A stretch of DNA of 64,000 nt from the IMG/VR virus record IMGVR_UViG_3300028829_004116, positions 1 to 64,000 of that record. One strand, written 5' to 3'. The notes under the pieces are model-generated. The model saw only the letters and a list, made by a program, of their open reading frames with translations. It had not been told where the DNA came from and did no database searches. Positions 29,601 to 38,300 of the stretch are shown in pieces; position 1 is the stretch's first letter, and each line of letters starts with the position of its first letter. This DNA comes from a virus. Made by a program: the position numbers and the translations under genes.

Positions 29601-32600
29601 ACATTTAATAATGACTTTGAAGAGGACCCTACATTAAATGGAACAGTTAATAGTCAATATGCTTTAAGATTTAATTCACCTATTTGGAGATATGTAAATA
29701 AGTGTTTTGGTAGATTAACCAGAAATCTTGCTACTAAAATAACAAGTGCTAACACTACTTATCCATTTCACTACAATGACTACTATGAAAAGGTAAGTAA
29801 TTATCATTTTTATGCTTCCGGCTACAAAGCAAGTGTTGGTAGAATACCTACGGCTGATGAACATAAGGATGATACAGATGCCGATAAACCTTACAGGATA
29901 GAACTACCGACAGAAAGAACCGGTCTTTTACCAGCAGTAGGTTCGAGGTCATACGATATTACCCGCTATCCTGATAATTTTAATACTTCTGAAAATCACT
30001 ACGGAAGAAGGTTAGAAATTGACGACACCGGAATTAGTATGGTTGATAGATATAAGGCTACATATGAATTATATGATAACGATAGTGGCCCTTTACATAT
30101 TTTTTCCATAGGTGACATTTACCCTGAAAGTAAAAAGAACCCTAATAATATAGGATTTACCGAAGGAACTTACAGTAGAAGTATTGCTGACTACGGAGTT
30201 GTTTTTAAAGGGCAACCCAAAGGTGCTGAAGTGGTTCTTAGCCATACTAATTGGTCTGGAGTTTCTACTATTAAAAATAGATTAAACGATGATTATTTTT
30301 ATCAACCTATTGAATCTTCTAAAGGTGATTTAAAAAGAATGAACCTTGTAAGATTAACTGATGTTACTTATGACATGATGATGAATGAAGTAGACTATGA
30401 AAATTACAAATTTGATAATTTTGGTGGACCTAAAACACATCAAATTATTAGTGAACAAATTACCAAAAATAGTCACATAATTAAAAGTTTTACTGAATCA
30501 GGATTTAGTCCGATTGACATTACACTTACTTCTAATATTTCAGCAGGAACTACTATTGCAGTAAATGATGATGGCTGGTTTGACACTGGAGGTAATTATA
30601 TATATACTCTCTATACTGACCCTTTTGATTCATATTCAGCAAATAGCGCACACAATGATTTTGATTACGGAGTCCCATTATTAATAGGGCAGGTTGCGAG
30701 TGTAAGTAATAATACTATTACTATTCCTGCTATAAGTGTTTCTCACCCAGCAGTAGGTTATACTTCCGGTTCAAAACTTTATGTTACAGTTAAGTTAGCC
30801 GCAGAAAGCGCAACTACAAATACTTTAAGTATTTCTGGAAATAATAGACAGCAATTTCCTATAATAAAGGTAACAGAAGTAGATAATGGTGATGGTGTAA
30901 TGGACCATAATTACAATACAACTATGGCTTTAGTTAATGTTGGTGACGGAAATACTACCGGTCCGGACCTCGATGCCGGTGATGGTGATATTGCTGAAGA
31001 AAATAGATTCCCACTTAATGTTGATAATGGTACTATTGCTGCAACACTTCACGATATTAACGGCATTGTTAAACTTCCTTATATTCCTGATTCCATAACA
31101 GATGGAAGTCATTTTAACGGTAATAATGGACTCGAAACAACTACTGGAACTAATACCCATATGTTTAGATGGAATTTTGATGCTAACTTTAATGGTGCTG
31201 TAATGACTATTACAAATGGAAAGGCTTTAGATTTTTTCCAATCAAACGGGCAGGGTAAAATGTGGTTTAACGGTACTACAATGGATATAGGTGCTGTTAC
31301 AACTTCACAAGTATTTAGCCTTACGGTTGGTTCGGACAGCAGTTATAATCAAGTAACATTGAGATTAACAAATGTAACTAATACGGCATTAACCTTTGCT
31401 ACTGACACGGGGAGTACAAGTCCCGGTTGGTCTAATTCGGATGAAACAAATTGTGTATTAACAATAAAAGGTCACTCTACAACAGTGAGTAAATCTGCAC
31501 AGAGATTATTCCCAATAAGAGCAATACAGGACAGCAAACATGGAGGTGCATTTACATTTAAAAATATGCACCCAGTTATTTTAGACATACCTACCTATTC
31601 TGGAAATACAGGGTCCGACGCATTAGGAACAAGTATTGAATGTAAGGCTACTGGTGCTATTATTACAGAAGAACCTGAAAGTATTTCACATTTTTCTATA
31701 CAAGTAGGTGGGTTTAAACATGATGAAAGCGTATATGATGTAGACGGATTAGAAATTTTAGTTCATAACGATTCAACAAGTAGTTCTGCTACCCCCGGAA
31801 TATATGAAAATAATATTGGTGGAACAAATTTTGCTGGAGTAAGACCGATAGAAGTTTTATTCAAACCATTTATAGATGTATCAGATTTCACAGTAACAAC
31901 ACATGCCGATGATGCTAGTTTAAAAACTACTGAAAAGATTTTATCTACTAATATGAAGGTAGATGTTTTAGATTATAACGCCGGTAGCGGCACTAATGAA
32001 TGGTTATGTTATTCTAATAATTTGACAGGTTACTATTTATATGGAAATAATAAATTATATAAAATTATTTCTCACACTGTTGCTAAAGACTCTACAACAT
32101 TTAAACATTATTTAAAAATAGATAATACCAATATTGCCAGCACAGGTCCTACGGTAGCCGCTACCCCAAGTGGTAATTTAACTCTTATGAAAATTAATCA
32201 AACCTGTACTTACGATTATTCACCTAAAGAAATACAATTAAATAAGCCTTCTTATCTTTACACTAAAAAACCCGGACATGATAAAATGACAGATAAAGTA
32301 CCTTCAGCACTTGATATAAGAGGTGGAAAGGAAATTCTTAATGGTGGATATTATTTAAGTGGTATCGCAAGGGGAGGTATTGAATCTTTATATACTGTAA
32401 TTGAACCTGATGGCACTGGAGGTAGTTATTTAATACCTCGGACAAATTCTGATATTTCATTTACAAATAGTTTTTCAATTAATAGCGAACATTCAGTGTA
32501 TATAACTGACGGTATTAATTCACTAAGAACTTCTATGTTTGTAAGTAATAATAAGTCGTTGTCATTTACAGATATGAAAGAGATGAAAGGCACACCTTCT

Positions 32601-33548
32601 ATCGGAAGTATTTTTACTATTACTACTAACCAAAATCCAGACTTTAAACCTGAATCAATTAGTATCTGCGCCCCGTTTAAAGTCGTGAGAGAAGCAGAAG
32701 AAATTGCCGATGATATTTTATCTAAGGTTGGATTACCGTATAATAAATCAGATAATACCGACAGATATTATTTAGCGGCAAATTACACAGGAGAGAATGC
32801 TCTTACTGCCACTAATAATGCCTTATCATTTAAAGGTTTAAAATTAAAAACAGCAGGGCAGGATATAATTATTACCAGTGATGAAGATGAAAAGGATTAT
32901 AGAGATATTGTTTTTGATGAAGATGATGATAAATATTCTATCATTAGTATTAAAAAGGACAAAACTCTCTATGATAGATTTAACAAAGTAATTTTATACG
33001 GAGATGGAGTTAGAGGGTTTGCTTCTAATTACAGAGATATTAAAAAACGCAATAGAGAATATGTTAAAGAAGTCTACGACTTTTCAATTGTAGATTCAAA
33101 ACAAGTACAAGAAAAGGCAATTAAATTATTAAAATTATTTACAAATTTACAGGAAGCCGTTGAGATTGAAGTTGGCAATAGAATACCTTTCTTAGAATCA
33201 GGACATATAGTTACAGTTAGTTTCCCAACTGAGGGTATTGATAGAGGGGAATATGTGGTAATAGAAGTTAATAGAGAAATGGCCTACCCCGTTAAAATAC
33301 TGCTTGGACAATATAATAGAGATTTAGCAAATACATTTTCCATGTTACTTTCGGAAACACGCAATTTACAAGGGAGGTCTAAGCAAAAAGTTTATACGAG
33401 TGTGACCTCTCCTAATGTTGATATACAAGCGATGAAGGTGAAATTAGTTAGGGCGAGCATAACTAAAACAACACAAGCAACTGCCAGTAGTGGTTCAACA
33501 TTAGGATTAACAAAGGGATTAGGTTTAGATTCGGGGATGGGACTATGA
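26658..33548 (+). CDS. giant tail tip/baseplate hub protein (2296 aa)
   Basis: IFEGKIE...ITGRD hub-like motif; C-terminal NKVILYG...LESGHIVTV...EYVVIEV typical of Tal/hub proteins; long Thr/Ser/Asn-rich inserts. Confidence 0.7.
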   Translation: MAENVYVLNTGVDIPDNFALRSGSFNVKTSTNPRIVTQEANDSDVLGIYSYEIHTDDASAMGSGIVSGSLLNRLFPLGSQPADVTKYATNLFENPGYRITIDTGTAGVTLATDRDYFVLIYADNLLKHHIAKITEKQEYEGDIFNFDFEPALPENISAGTKVAIYQGPFNINKVGAGADNVVAVAYGLLNDTATSEERHDKYVEASRPTFYFYNGKTALDHDRKYTVLKTSTNTAGGPLKSVFVTDSPTSGYILDKSIFTQNANLVDNNKLNDRLLNGSNEATPRGINSGTAQGSLYDFDHTTWATSSKNYDDSDGGLKTYISYIDSPLRTQSLSTPYQLTTKKTITKKGNIFEAKYYDTERMLEKKINENESIQIKELIGSKEIKDEPTAQLPGTYDRVDTNAFRAEGLDSGVDLRRLLGSSAPYEPILIDGVYYIISSIGVPLDGDQTISVTHKRAIASTAYESVGTLSTDLLGKKAFRKVWSPLTLNYLIGHDIDTTILNDGSGDITRNGKNLVVTPATVFQSTRHALDSDIHGLEYVYEGRYYGYNAKVITGDKPNGFTTLDFEPESSYYSNSHILNSLKGNLLVYRTIFEGKIESTETKVEQGQFKYEITGRDVIGDLLNTAVNTNYTYSDEFVYSTMNPFNENYTDIGRNVSSISGAVVTADGAPNVNFGDVLYLKGTHGSLDPSYYLLGVVKSVSGNDITLVKDCYIRKHTTFVGDTTLATDIYKARRSVLAGKTLETSLRNTDRATTLIGSADKGAVFTTGKYFDYGTAYADNGKLNTITSRTIEGCTFSNTSTTITTPADGTADLIAGMLVRGTGIPDKATIVSITNTTTFTLSANTTSASATGGNSLIFGDLNGFEINNLITTISDDTDYTDSPIAFDFHYNTISSMVDFPVLSEVDTKDGLTQFEIGYVSPIVVGRIETDNLLDTFIESSDTAQASRKNNSIYLINGQGMPLGGFLHLLGGEVNTDKSPKTFNNDFEEDPTLNGTVNSQYALRFNSPIWRYVNKCFGRLTRNLATKITSANTTYPFHYNDYYEKVSNYHFYASGYKASVGRIPTADEHKDDTDADKPYRIELPTERTGLLPAVGSRSYDITRYPDNFNTSENHYGRRLEIDDTGISMVDRYKATYELYDNDSGPLHIFSIGDIYPESKKNPNNIGFTEGTYSRSIADYGVVFKGQPKGAEVVLSHTNWSGVSTIKNRLNDDYFYQPIESSKGDLKRMNLVRLTDVTYDMMMNEVDYENYKFDNFGGPKTHQIISEQITKNSHIIKSFTESGFSPIDITLTSNISAGTTIAVNDDGWFDTGGNYIYTLYTDPFDSYSANSAHNDFDYGVPLLIGQVASVSNNTITIPAISVSHPAVGYTSGSKLYVTVKLAAESATTNTLSISGNNRQQFPIIKVTEVDNGDGVMDHNYNTTMALVNVGDGNTTGPDLDAGDGDIAEENRFPLNVDNGTIAATLHDINGIVKLPYIPDSITDGSHFNGNNGLETTTGTNTHMFRWNFDANFNGAVMTITNGKALDFFQSNGQGKMWFNGTTMDIGAVTTSQVFSLTVGSDSSYNQVTLRLTNVTNTALTFATDTGSTSPGWSNSDETNCVLTIKGHSTTVSKSAQRLFPIRAIQDSKHGGAFTFKNMHPVILDIPTYSGNTGSDALGTSIECKATGAIITEEPESISHFSIQVGGFKHDESVYDVDGLEILVHNDSTSSSATPGIYENNIGGTNFAGVRPIEVLFKPFIDVSDFTVTTHADDASLKTTEKILSTNMKVDVLDYNAGSGTNEWLCYSNNLTGYYLYGNNKLYKIISHTVAKDSTTFKHYLKIDNTNIASTGPTVAATPSGNLTLMKINQTCTYDYSPKEIQLNKPSYLYTKKPGHDKMTDKVPSALDIRGGKEILNGGYYLSGIARGGIESLYTVIEPDGTGGSYLIPRTNSDISFTNSFSINSEHSVYITDGINSLRTSMFVSNNKSLSFTDMKEMKGTPSIGSIFTITTNQNPDFKPESISICAPFKVVREAEEIADDILSKVGLPYNKSDNTDRYYLAANYTGENALTATNNALSFKGLKLKTAGQDIIITSDEDEKDYRDIVFDEDDDKYSIISIKKDKTLYDRFNKVILYGDGVRGFASNYRDIKKRNREYVKEVYDFSIVDSKQVQEKAIKLLKLFTNLQEAVEIEVGNRIPFLESGHIVTVSFPTEGIDRGEYVVIEVNREMAYPVKILLGQYNRDLANTFSMLLSETRNLQGRSKQKVYTSVTSPNVDIQAMKVKLVRASITKTTQATASSGSTLGLTKGLGLDSGMGL

Positions 33549-33889
33549 TTACAAAACAAGCAAGGGCTACAATAAAAGCAGATGTAATTTCTACATACAC
33601 TCATTTTGAAGTAGGAACAGGTGGAGATTCTACAAACCCTAATGCTAATTCCTTAGACGCACCTTTAGCAAACAGGGCTACTGTAACTTCTGTTTCAAGT
33701 GGCGAATCCTCAGTAGATTTTTCTTTTACAGTTCAAGGTTCTACATTTGTAGGACACACGATTAAAGAAGTAGGAATCTTTTCAGCATCAACGGGTGGTA
33801 ATATGTTGTTAAGAGTTAATTACGATGGCATTGGGCCATTAACATCACTCGATGAAATAGAATTTATTATAACAGTGGAAGTGGACTAA
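33545..33889 (+). CDS. small tail/baseplate (collar-like) protein
   Basis: THFEVGTGG...IKEVGIF...GNML motif common in tail-fibre collar proteins. Confidence 0.6.
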   Translation: MITKQARATIKADVISTYTHFEVGTGGDSTNPNANSLDAPLANRATVTSVSSGESSVDFSFTVQGSTFVGHTIKEVGIFSASTGGNMLLRVNYDGIGPLTSLDEIEFIITVEVD

Positions 33890-36207
33890 TGACAATAACG
33901 ACAGCAAATCAAAAAGGAATAACAACTTTGGGTGGAACCAGCGGTTTAGTAGACCAAACAGATAAAATGCACAGTGGACTTATAAAGGCTTTAGAGGTAT
34001 TTGGACAGGGTAGAAAAATTATGGGACACGCTGGATTTGAAATATATGATTCGGGTTCCTATGTGGGTTATAGACTTAAACAACCTATACACTTTTTAGA
34101 TTTAGGTCGCCATGTTACATATGAAACAAATTTAGAAGTTTCATATACTTCTCAACAAAGAGATGCTAATTATGATAAATATGATTGGGTTGTATTAGTT
34201 CCTAATCATGGTGGTAATCCTGCACTTCTTATTGTTCCGGGGACTCTCGACGGTGCTAACGCTTTAGTTTCGGATATAACAGAAGGTTGTATTCCCGTTG
34301 CTTTGATTAAGGTTCCTGCTGGAACAGATACCGACGATACCACCGGTTATCAAGCACAGTTATATACATTTAATAATCGTCGCCAAGATTTATCACTTGG
34401 ATATGATGACGGGGCAACGCCACCTTATTATAAAAATACATTAACTGCTATTTCATCCGCAGGAGGAACTACTTTTACTAATACTATTGGAGATTTAATT
34501 TTTGACAATACAGATGTTAACGACCAAATTGTTATGAGATTAGGAACTGATACTACTGCTACCGCTTTTGAAGTTAGAAACGATTCCGACACAGCCGCTT
34601 TTAAAGTTAATGGTTTATCCGCTACTGATGTTGTAGGTAATTTAGTTGTCACACAGGGTTCAGCAGGTGGACAAATAGCACTTAAGATTGATAATGATGA
34701 TGTTGATAAAGTTGCTTTAGGTATTGAAGCCGCAAATACAACTGCTAATGTTTTAGATATTACTGCTAATGCTTTGACTACCGGTGCGGTTATTAAAAGT
34801 TCTTCGACGGCATTAACTACTGGGGCGGCTATTGATTTAATTTCTACTTCTACACCTGCTGATGGTAGTGGTTCTACACCCCACACTTTTAAAACTACTC
34901 AAGCGGGAACTGGAACTCATACAGTAAAGGGGCTACTTGTAGATGTAAATAAAACCGGAGTTACGGATAATGGGAAAACAACTACTCTTACTGGAATACA
35001 TTTAGATGTTGATGATACGGCTACAAATAATTCAGTAGGAACAGTAACTATGACAGGTTTAGATATAGATGTGAACTCGGCTAGTGATACTGGAACCATA
35101 AAAAACATTGGATTAGATGTAGAGGTTGCAGGGGCAGATACTAATTATGCCGCTTTATTTAATGGTGGTAATGTTGGTATTGGGACAACAGCACCAGAAA
35201 GAGCATTAGAAATAGAAGCCGCTTCAAACCCCGGAATTAGATTACAAGAAACGGGTCAATCGGGATATTTAGAGATGTTTGGTTTAGCAGATAGCCAAGC
35301 ACAGATTAAAGCCACTAACGCAACTTCGGGAGAAACATGTAGTCTTGATATAGATGTATCAACTGTATCGGGTAATAATCAAGTAATAAGATTTTTCCGT
35401 AATGCTAATACATCTTCTGCTGGTATTATCCAAGTTCACGACCCCGGAGAAGTAACAACAACTTTAGCAGTTGTAGCCGCTAATGGAAAGACCTCGATAG
35501 GAAGTGGAACAGTTGATGCTAATTCAATGCTAACAGTCGAAGGGGCAATTTCTTTAGATGAAATAGGAGTTGCACCTACTAATACTGCTGATAGAGCGCA
35601 ACTATATGCAATACAGGGAGATAGACATTTGCGTTATGTAGATGGTGCTGGTGTTGATTTACCTATATTATTAGGAGGAAAACATTCTATTTGGATTCCC
35701 GCAGAAGCAATTAGTCCGAGAAGTAATGCTGGTTGTGGTGCTTTGGCTACAACAGCCGCCGCTACAAATGGAAGACCTGATATTAGAGCATTACCTTTTG
35801 ATAAAGATTCAGATGAACATGGACAATTTACAATAGCGATGCCCGCTACTTGGAATGGAGGAACTGTGACAGCACAATTTTATTGGACTTCAACTTCTTC
35901 AACAACTTCCCATGATGTAACTTGGGCTATTCAAGGTGTTTCTTTAGCAAATGATAATCCAATTGACACCGCTTTTGGAACTGCCGTGGTTAAACACGAT
36001 ACAGTAATAGCGGCTAAAGACCTTCATATTAGTGGTGAAACAGGTGCAATAACTGTTGCAGGTGCAGGTGCAGGAGAATTAGTTTGTTTTCAAGTTTATC
36101 GAGATGTTGATGGAAACGGAACTGCCGCTAATGATGATTTAAATGTTGATGCTTTATTAATGGGAGTTAAAATATTTTATACTATTTCAAGAGGAAATGA
36201 GTCGTGA
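33889..36207 (+). CDS. tail fibre/receptor-binding protein
   Basis: PVALIKVPAG anchor, beta-helix-like L-D-[VI]-[DE]-[VD] repeats, GNVGIGTTAPERALEI fibre repeat, C-terminal beta domain. Confidence 0.75.
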   Translation: MTITTANQKGITTLGGTSGLVDQTDKMHSGLIKALEVFGQGRKIMGHAGFEIYDSGSYVGYRLKQPIHFLDLGRHVTYETNLEVSYTSQQRDANYDKYDWVVLVPNHGGNPALLIVPGTLDGANALVSDITEGCIPVALIKVPAGTDTDDTTGYQAQLYTFNNRRQDLSLGYDDGATPPYYKNTLTAISSAGGTTFTNTIGDLIFDNTDVNDQIVMRLGTDTTATAFEVRNDSDTAAFKVNGLSATDVVGNLVVTQGSAGGQIALKIDNDDVDKVALGIEAANTTANVLDITANALTTGAVIKSSSTALTTGAAIDLISTSTPADGSGSTPHTFKTTQAGTGTHTVKGLLVDVNKTGVTDNGKTTTLTGIHLDVDDTATNNSVGTVTMTGLDIDVNSASDTGTIKNIGLDVEVAGADTNYAALFNGGNVGIGTTAPERALEIEAASNPGIRLQETGQSGYLEMFGLADSQAQIKATNATSGETCSLDIDVSTVSGNNQVIRFFRNANTSSAGIIQVHDPGEVTTTLAVVAANGKTSIGSGTVDANSMLTVEGAISLDEIGVAPTNTADRAQLYAIQGDRHLRYVDGAGVDLPILLGGKHSIWIPAEAISPRSNAGCGALATTAAATNGRPDIRALPFDKDSDEHGQFTIAMPATWNGGTVTAQFYWTSTSSTTSHDVTWAIQGVSLANDNPIDTAFGTAVVKHDTVIAAKDLHISGETGAITVAGAGAGELVCFQVYRDVDGNGTAANDDLNVDALLMGVKIFYTISRGNES

Positions 36208-36673
36208 TACTATGTTTGGTAGAACAGTAAATGGGTTTGGTTCTTATGCAAATAGAACAGTAGCGGTTTCAGCAGTATCGGATATTTACAGTGAAGATGA
36301 TATTGGAACAGGTGCAACAGGTGATGGTAATAGTAAGTTCACTAAAACCGTAGGAGGTTCTGCAACACATAATCAAAGGGTATTAGAACCATTAGAGGTT
36401 TCAGGAGGACAAGCAGTTACAGTTGGATTAAATGGTGAATGGACTGGAACGGAAACTTCTATAAGTTGGTCTATATTAGAACTGGATAATGGTGCGGGTT
36501 TAGTTACTGGTATTTCTCCATCAAGCGGAACATCGGCAGGTTTTGACCCAGTATTTACAATAGCAGGTGGTAATCAACAAGGTAATCAGGCACTTTATCA
36601 ACTTACATTACAGGTAGTAAATAGCGGTGGAACTACAACTAAAAATTGGGATTTTATAATACTCGTTCCGTGA
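36190..36673 (+). CDS. Ig/PKD-like fibre-associated protein (ATG 36197)
   Basis: GAGG SD then ATG 36197; SISWSI...YQLTLQVVNSGG is PKD-like. Confidence 0.5.
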
Positions 36674-36683
36674 TAATAGACAA

Positions 36684-36694
36684 ATATTAAATAG
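36684..36694 (+). promoter_or_regulatory. putative TATA box, leaderless
   Basis: ATATTAAATAG about 24 nt upstream of GTG 36718. Confidence 0.45.
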
Positions 36695-36717
36695 TCGTTA
36701 TTAGTTCGTTTATAATA

Positions 36718-36936
36718 GTGGTAGGCATGTCTGATTTAGATGAAGTCCTTGAAAGAGATTCGGATGGTAAGATTAATTGGCTTGTCTCGAAAGTGAATGA
36801 CATTGACACACGAGTTCACACTATTGAAACAAACCATTTATTTCACATGGAAAAAGACATGGCTATGTTACGAAAGGGAGTTTATCTTCTTGCCGCAATC
36901 GGTATTACATATTTAACGGGAGTACAATTACTATGA
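36718..36936 (+). CDS. coiled-coil plus C-terminal TM protein (XhlA/holin-like)
   Basis: IETNHLFHMEKDM followed by hydrophobic GVYLLAAIGITYLTGVQLL. Confidence 0.55.
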   Translation: MVGMSDLDEVLERDSDGKINWLVSKVNDIDTRVHTIETNHLFHMEKDMAMLRKGVYLLAAIGITYLTGVQLL

Positions 36937-37373
36937 AACAAACAAAAGATACATTTAATGACAGAATGGTTAAGCGAACAGTATTACCAGCAATTTATCT
37001 ATGGCTTTTAGCCGCAGGTTCAGTAGTGGCTATGGGTATTTTAAAACCCGATGTAGTCTTGAATAACCTTGATGGGTTTATTGCTCTTATAGCAATTATT
37101 GGTGGAACTGCCGCCCCTGCTCTTTCAACAGTTTTGCGTATGTGGGAATCCGAACAGACCATTGAGATTGATAATATGGGCGTTGAAATGGAACATGAGC
37201 GTGACCGTGATGCACTAAAGAAGCAACACTTAATTGACTTAGAAAAGGTTCAACAGAAGCATGAACACGCCCTACTTACTGCGGCTCAAGAGCATAAACA
37301 TATTGTTGAGAAGCATAAAGAAACCATTGTTAAACTTACACCTATCCATAAGATGGGTGAAAATACGGAGTAA
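36933..37373 (+). CDS. two-TM membrane protein with His-periodic coiled coil
   Basis: Two hydrophobic helices, then a His-rich helix. Confidence 0.7.
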   Translation: MKQTKDTFNDRMVKRTVLPAIYLWLLAAGSVVAMGILKPDVVLNNLDGFIALIAIIGGTAAPALSTVLRMWESEQTIEIDNMGVEMEHERDRDALKKQHLIDLEKVQQKHEHALLTAAQEHKHIVEKHKETIVKLTPIHKMGENTE

Positions 37374-37378
37374 TAAAT

Positions 37379-37522
37379 ATGTGGCGAGATACTTTAAAAA
37401 AGGATGCTGAAACTTATTTTAGAGAAAAAATTGCGGAGTATGAGCGCAGATTAAAAAGGGACCCGAAAGATGTTAAGGCTAAAAATGCCTTGAAATATTA
37501 TAGAGAACAATTAGGTGAGTAA
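37379..37522 (+). CDS. small tagged protein (MWRDTLK, 47 aa; not in ORF track)
   Basis: GGAG SD; MWRDTLKKDAETYFREKIAEYERRLKRDPKDVKAKNALKYYREQLGE*. Confidence 0.65.
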   Translation: MWRDTLKKDAETYFREKIAEYERRLKRDPKDVKAKNALKYYREQLGE

Positions 37523-37636
37523 ATGACACGATGTAATTTTTTAGATACTTGGTTTGATGAACAGTCAAAGATAATAGATAAAAAAGAAGAGAAAACTAAG
37601 AAAGATTTTGTAACTGGAAAGGAGGTAAAAAAATGA
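37523..37636 (+). CDS. small hypothetical protein (37 aa; not in ORF track)
   Basis: AGGTGAG SD; MTRCNFLDTWFDEQSK...; fills the gap exactly, with ATGA overlap. Confidence 0.55.
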   Translation: MTRCNFLDTWFDEQSKIIDKKEEKTKKDFVTGKEVKK

Positions 37637-37968
37637 GTTGGCAAGATATATTAAAAGTTCATCCCATGTCACTAAAAGTTATAGGTTCTGCTATAAGACA
37701 GGCAATTAGTAATCATTTAGAAGAAACGGGTAGAAAAGATGTGTATGAGTTTGAAGAAATTATAAAACTGTTTCCTAAATATTTAGAAATAACGGGACAA
37801 AAATCTAAAGCAAGGTTAAAAAATAAATTTGAAAAGATGGTGATGAGATATATTCCCGAAGGATATGGAAAATTAAAAGAATTATTAACCGATAAAAAAG
37901 GTTATGCTATACCGAGTTCTATTGAATCCGCAATTACCGGATGGAAAAAAATAGGTGAAAACGAATGA
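37633..37968 (+). CDS. tagged basic protein (MSWQDILK)
   Basis: GGAGGT SD; paralogous to the N-terminal domain of 16701-17711. Confidence 0.7.
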   Translation: MSWQDILKVHPMSLKVIGSAIRQAISNHLEETGRKDVYEFEEIIKLFPKYLEITGQKSKARLKNKFEKMVMRYIPEGYGKLKELLTDKKGYAIPSSIESAITGWKKIGENE

Positions 37969-38141
37969 GTTGGCAGGACATTCTAAAATACAATCGAAAA
38001 CATTATGTTCGTGCAGGTCGTAAGCATAATGACCCTAAAACAATTAGTGTTCATCAAAAAATTTTAGAAATAGTTAATGACCCTAATATTCCAAGAAGAG
38101 AATTAGGTGCAAGAATAAAACAAATTTTAGAAGAGGAATAA
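37965..38141 (+). CDS. small tagged basic protein (MSWQDILK, 58 aa; not in ORF track)
   Basis: AGGTGA SD, ATGA overlap; MSWQDILKYNRKHYVRAGRKH...QILEEE*. Confidence 0.7.
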   Translation: MSWQDILKYNRKHYVRAGRKHNDPKTISVHQKILEIVNDPNIPRRELGARIKQILEEE

Positions 38142-38176
38142 CTTTAGGCTAAAAAATCAAATCGAAAAATTTGCAT

Positions 38177-38209
38177 AAAAAAAGCCCCGACCCCCTATGG
38201 GGCCGAGGC
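38177..38209 (-). terminator. GC hairpin plus U-tract terminator at the convergence of the two arms
   Basis: Minus strand GCCUCGGCCCC-AUAG-GGGGUCGGGGC-UUUUUUU; 11-bp stem with 2 G-U pairs. Confidence 0.7.
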
Positions 38210-38300
38210 CAAAAAAAGTATCTTTCTAACTGTTATCTTTCTTCATAGGGTATATGACCCCCCGAAATTGAACAGAACATTTTTTTAGGTTGAAACTCAA

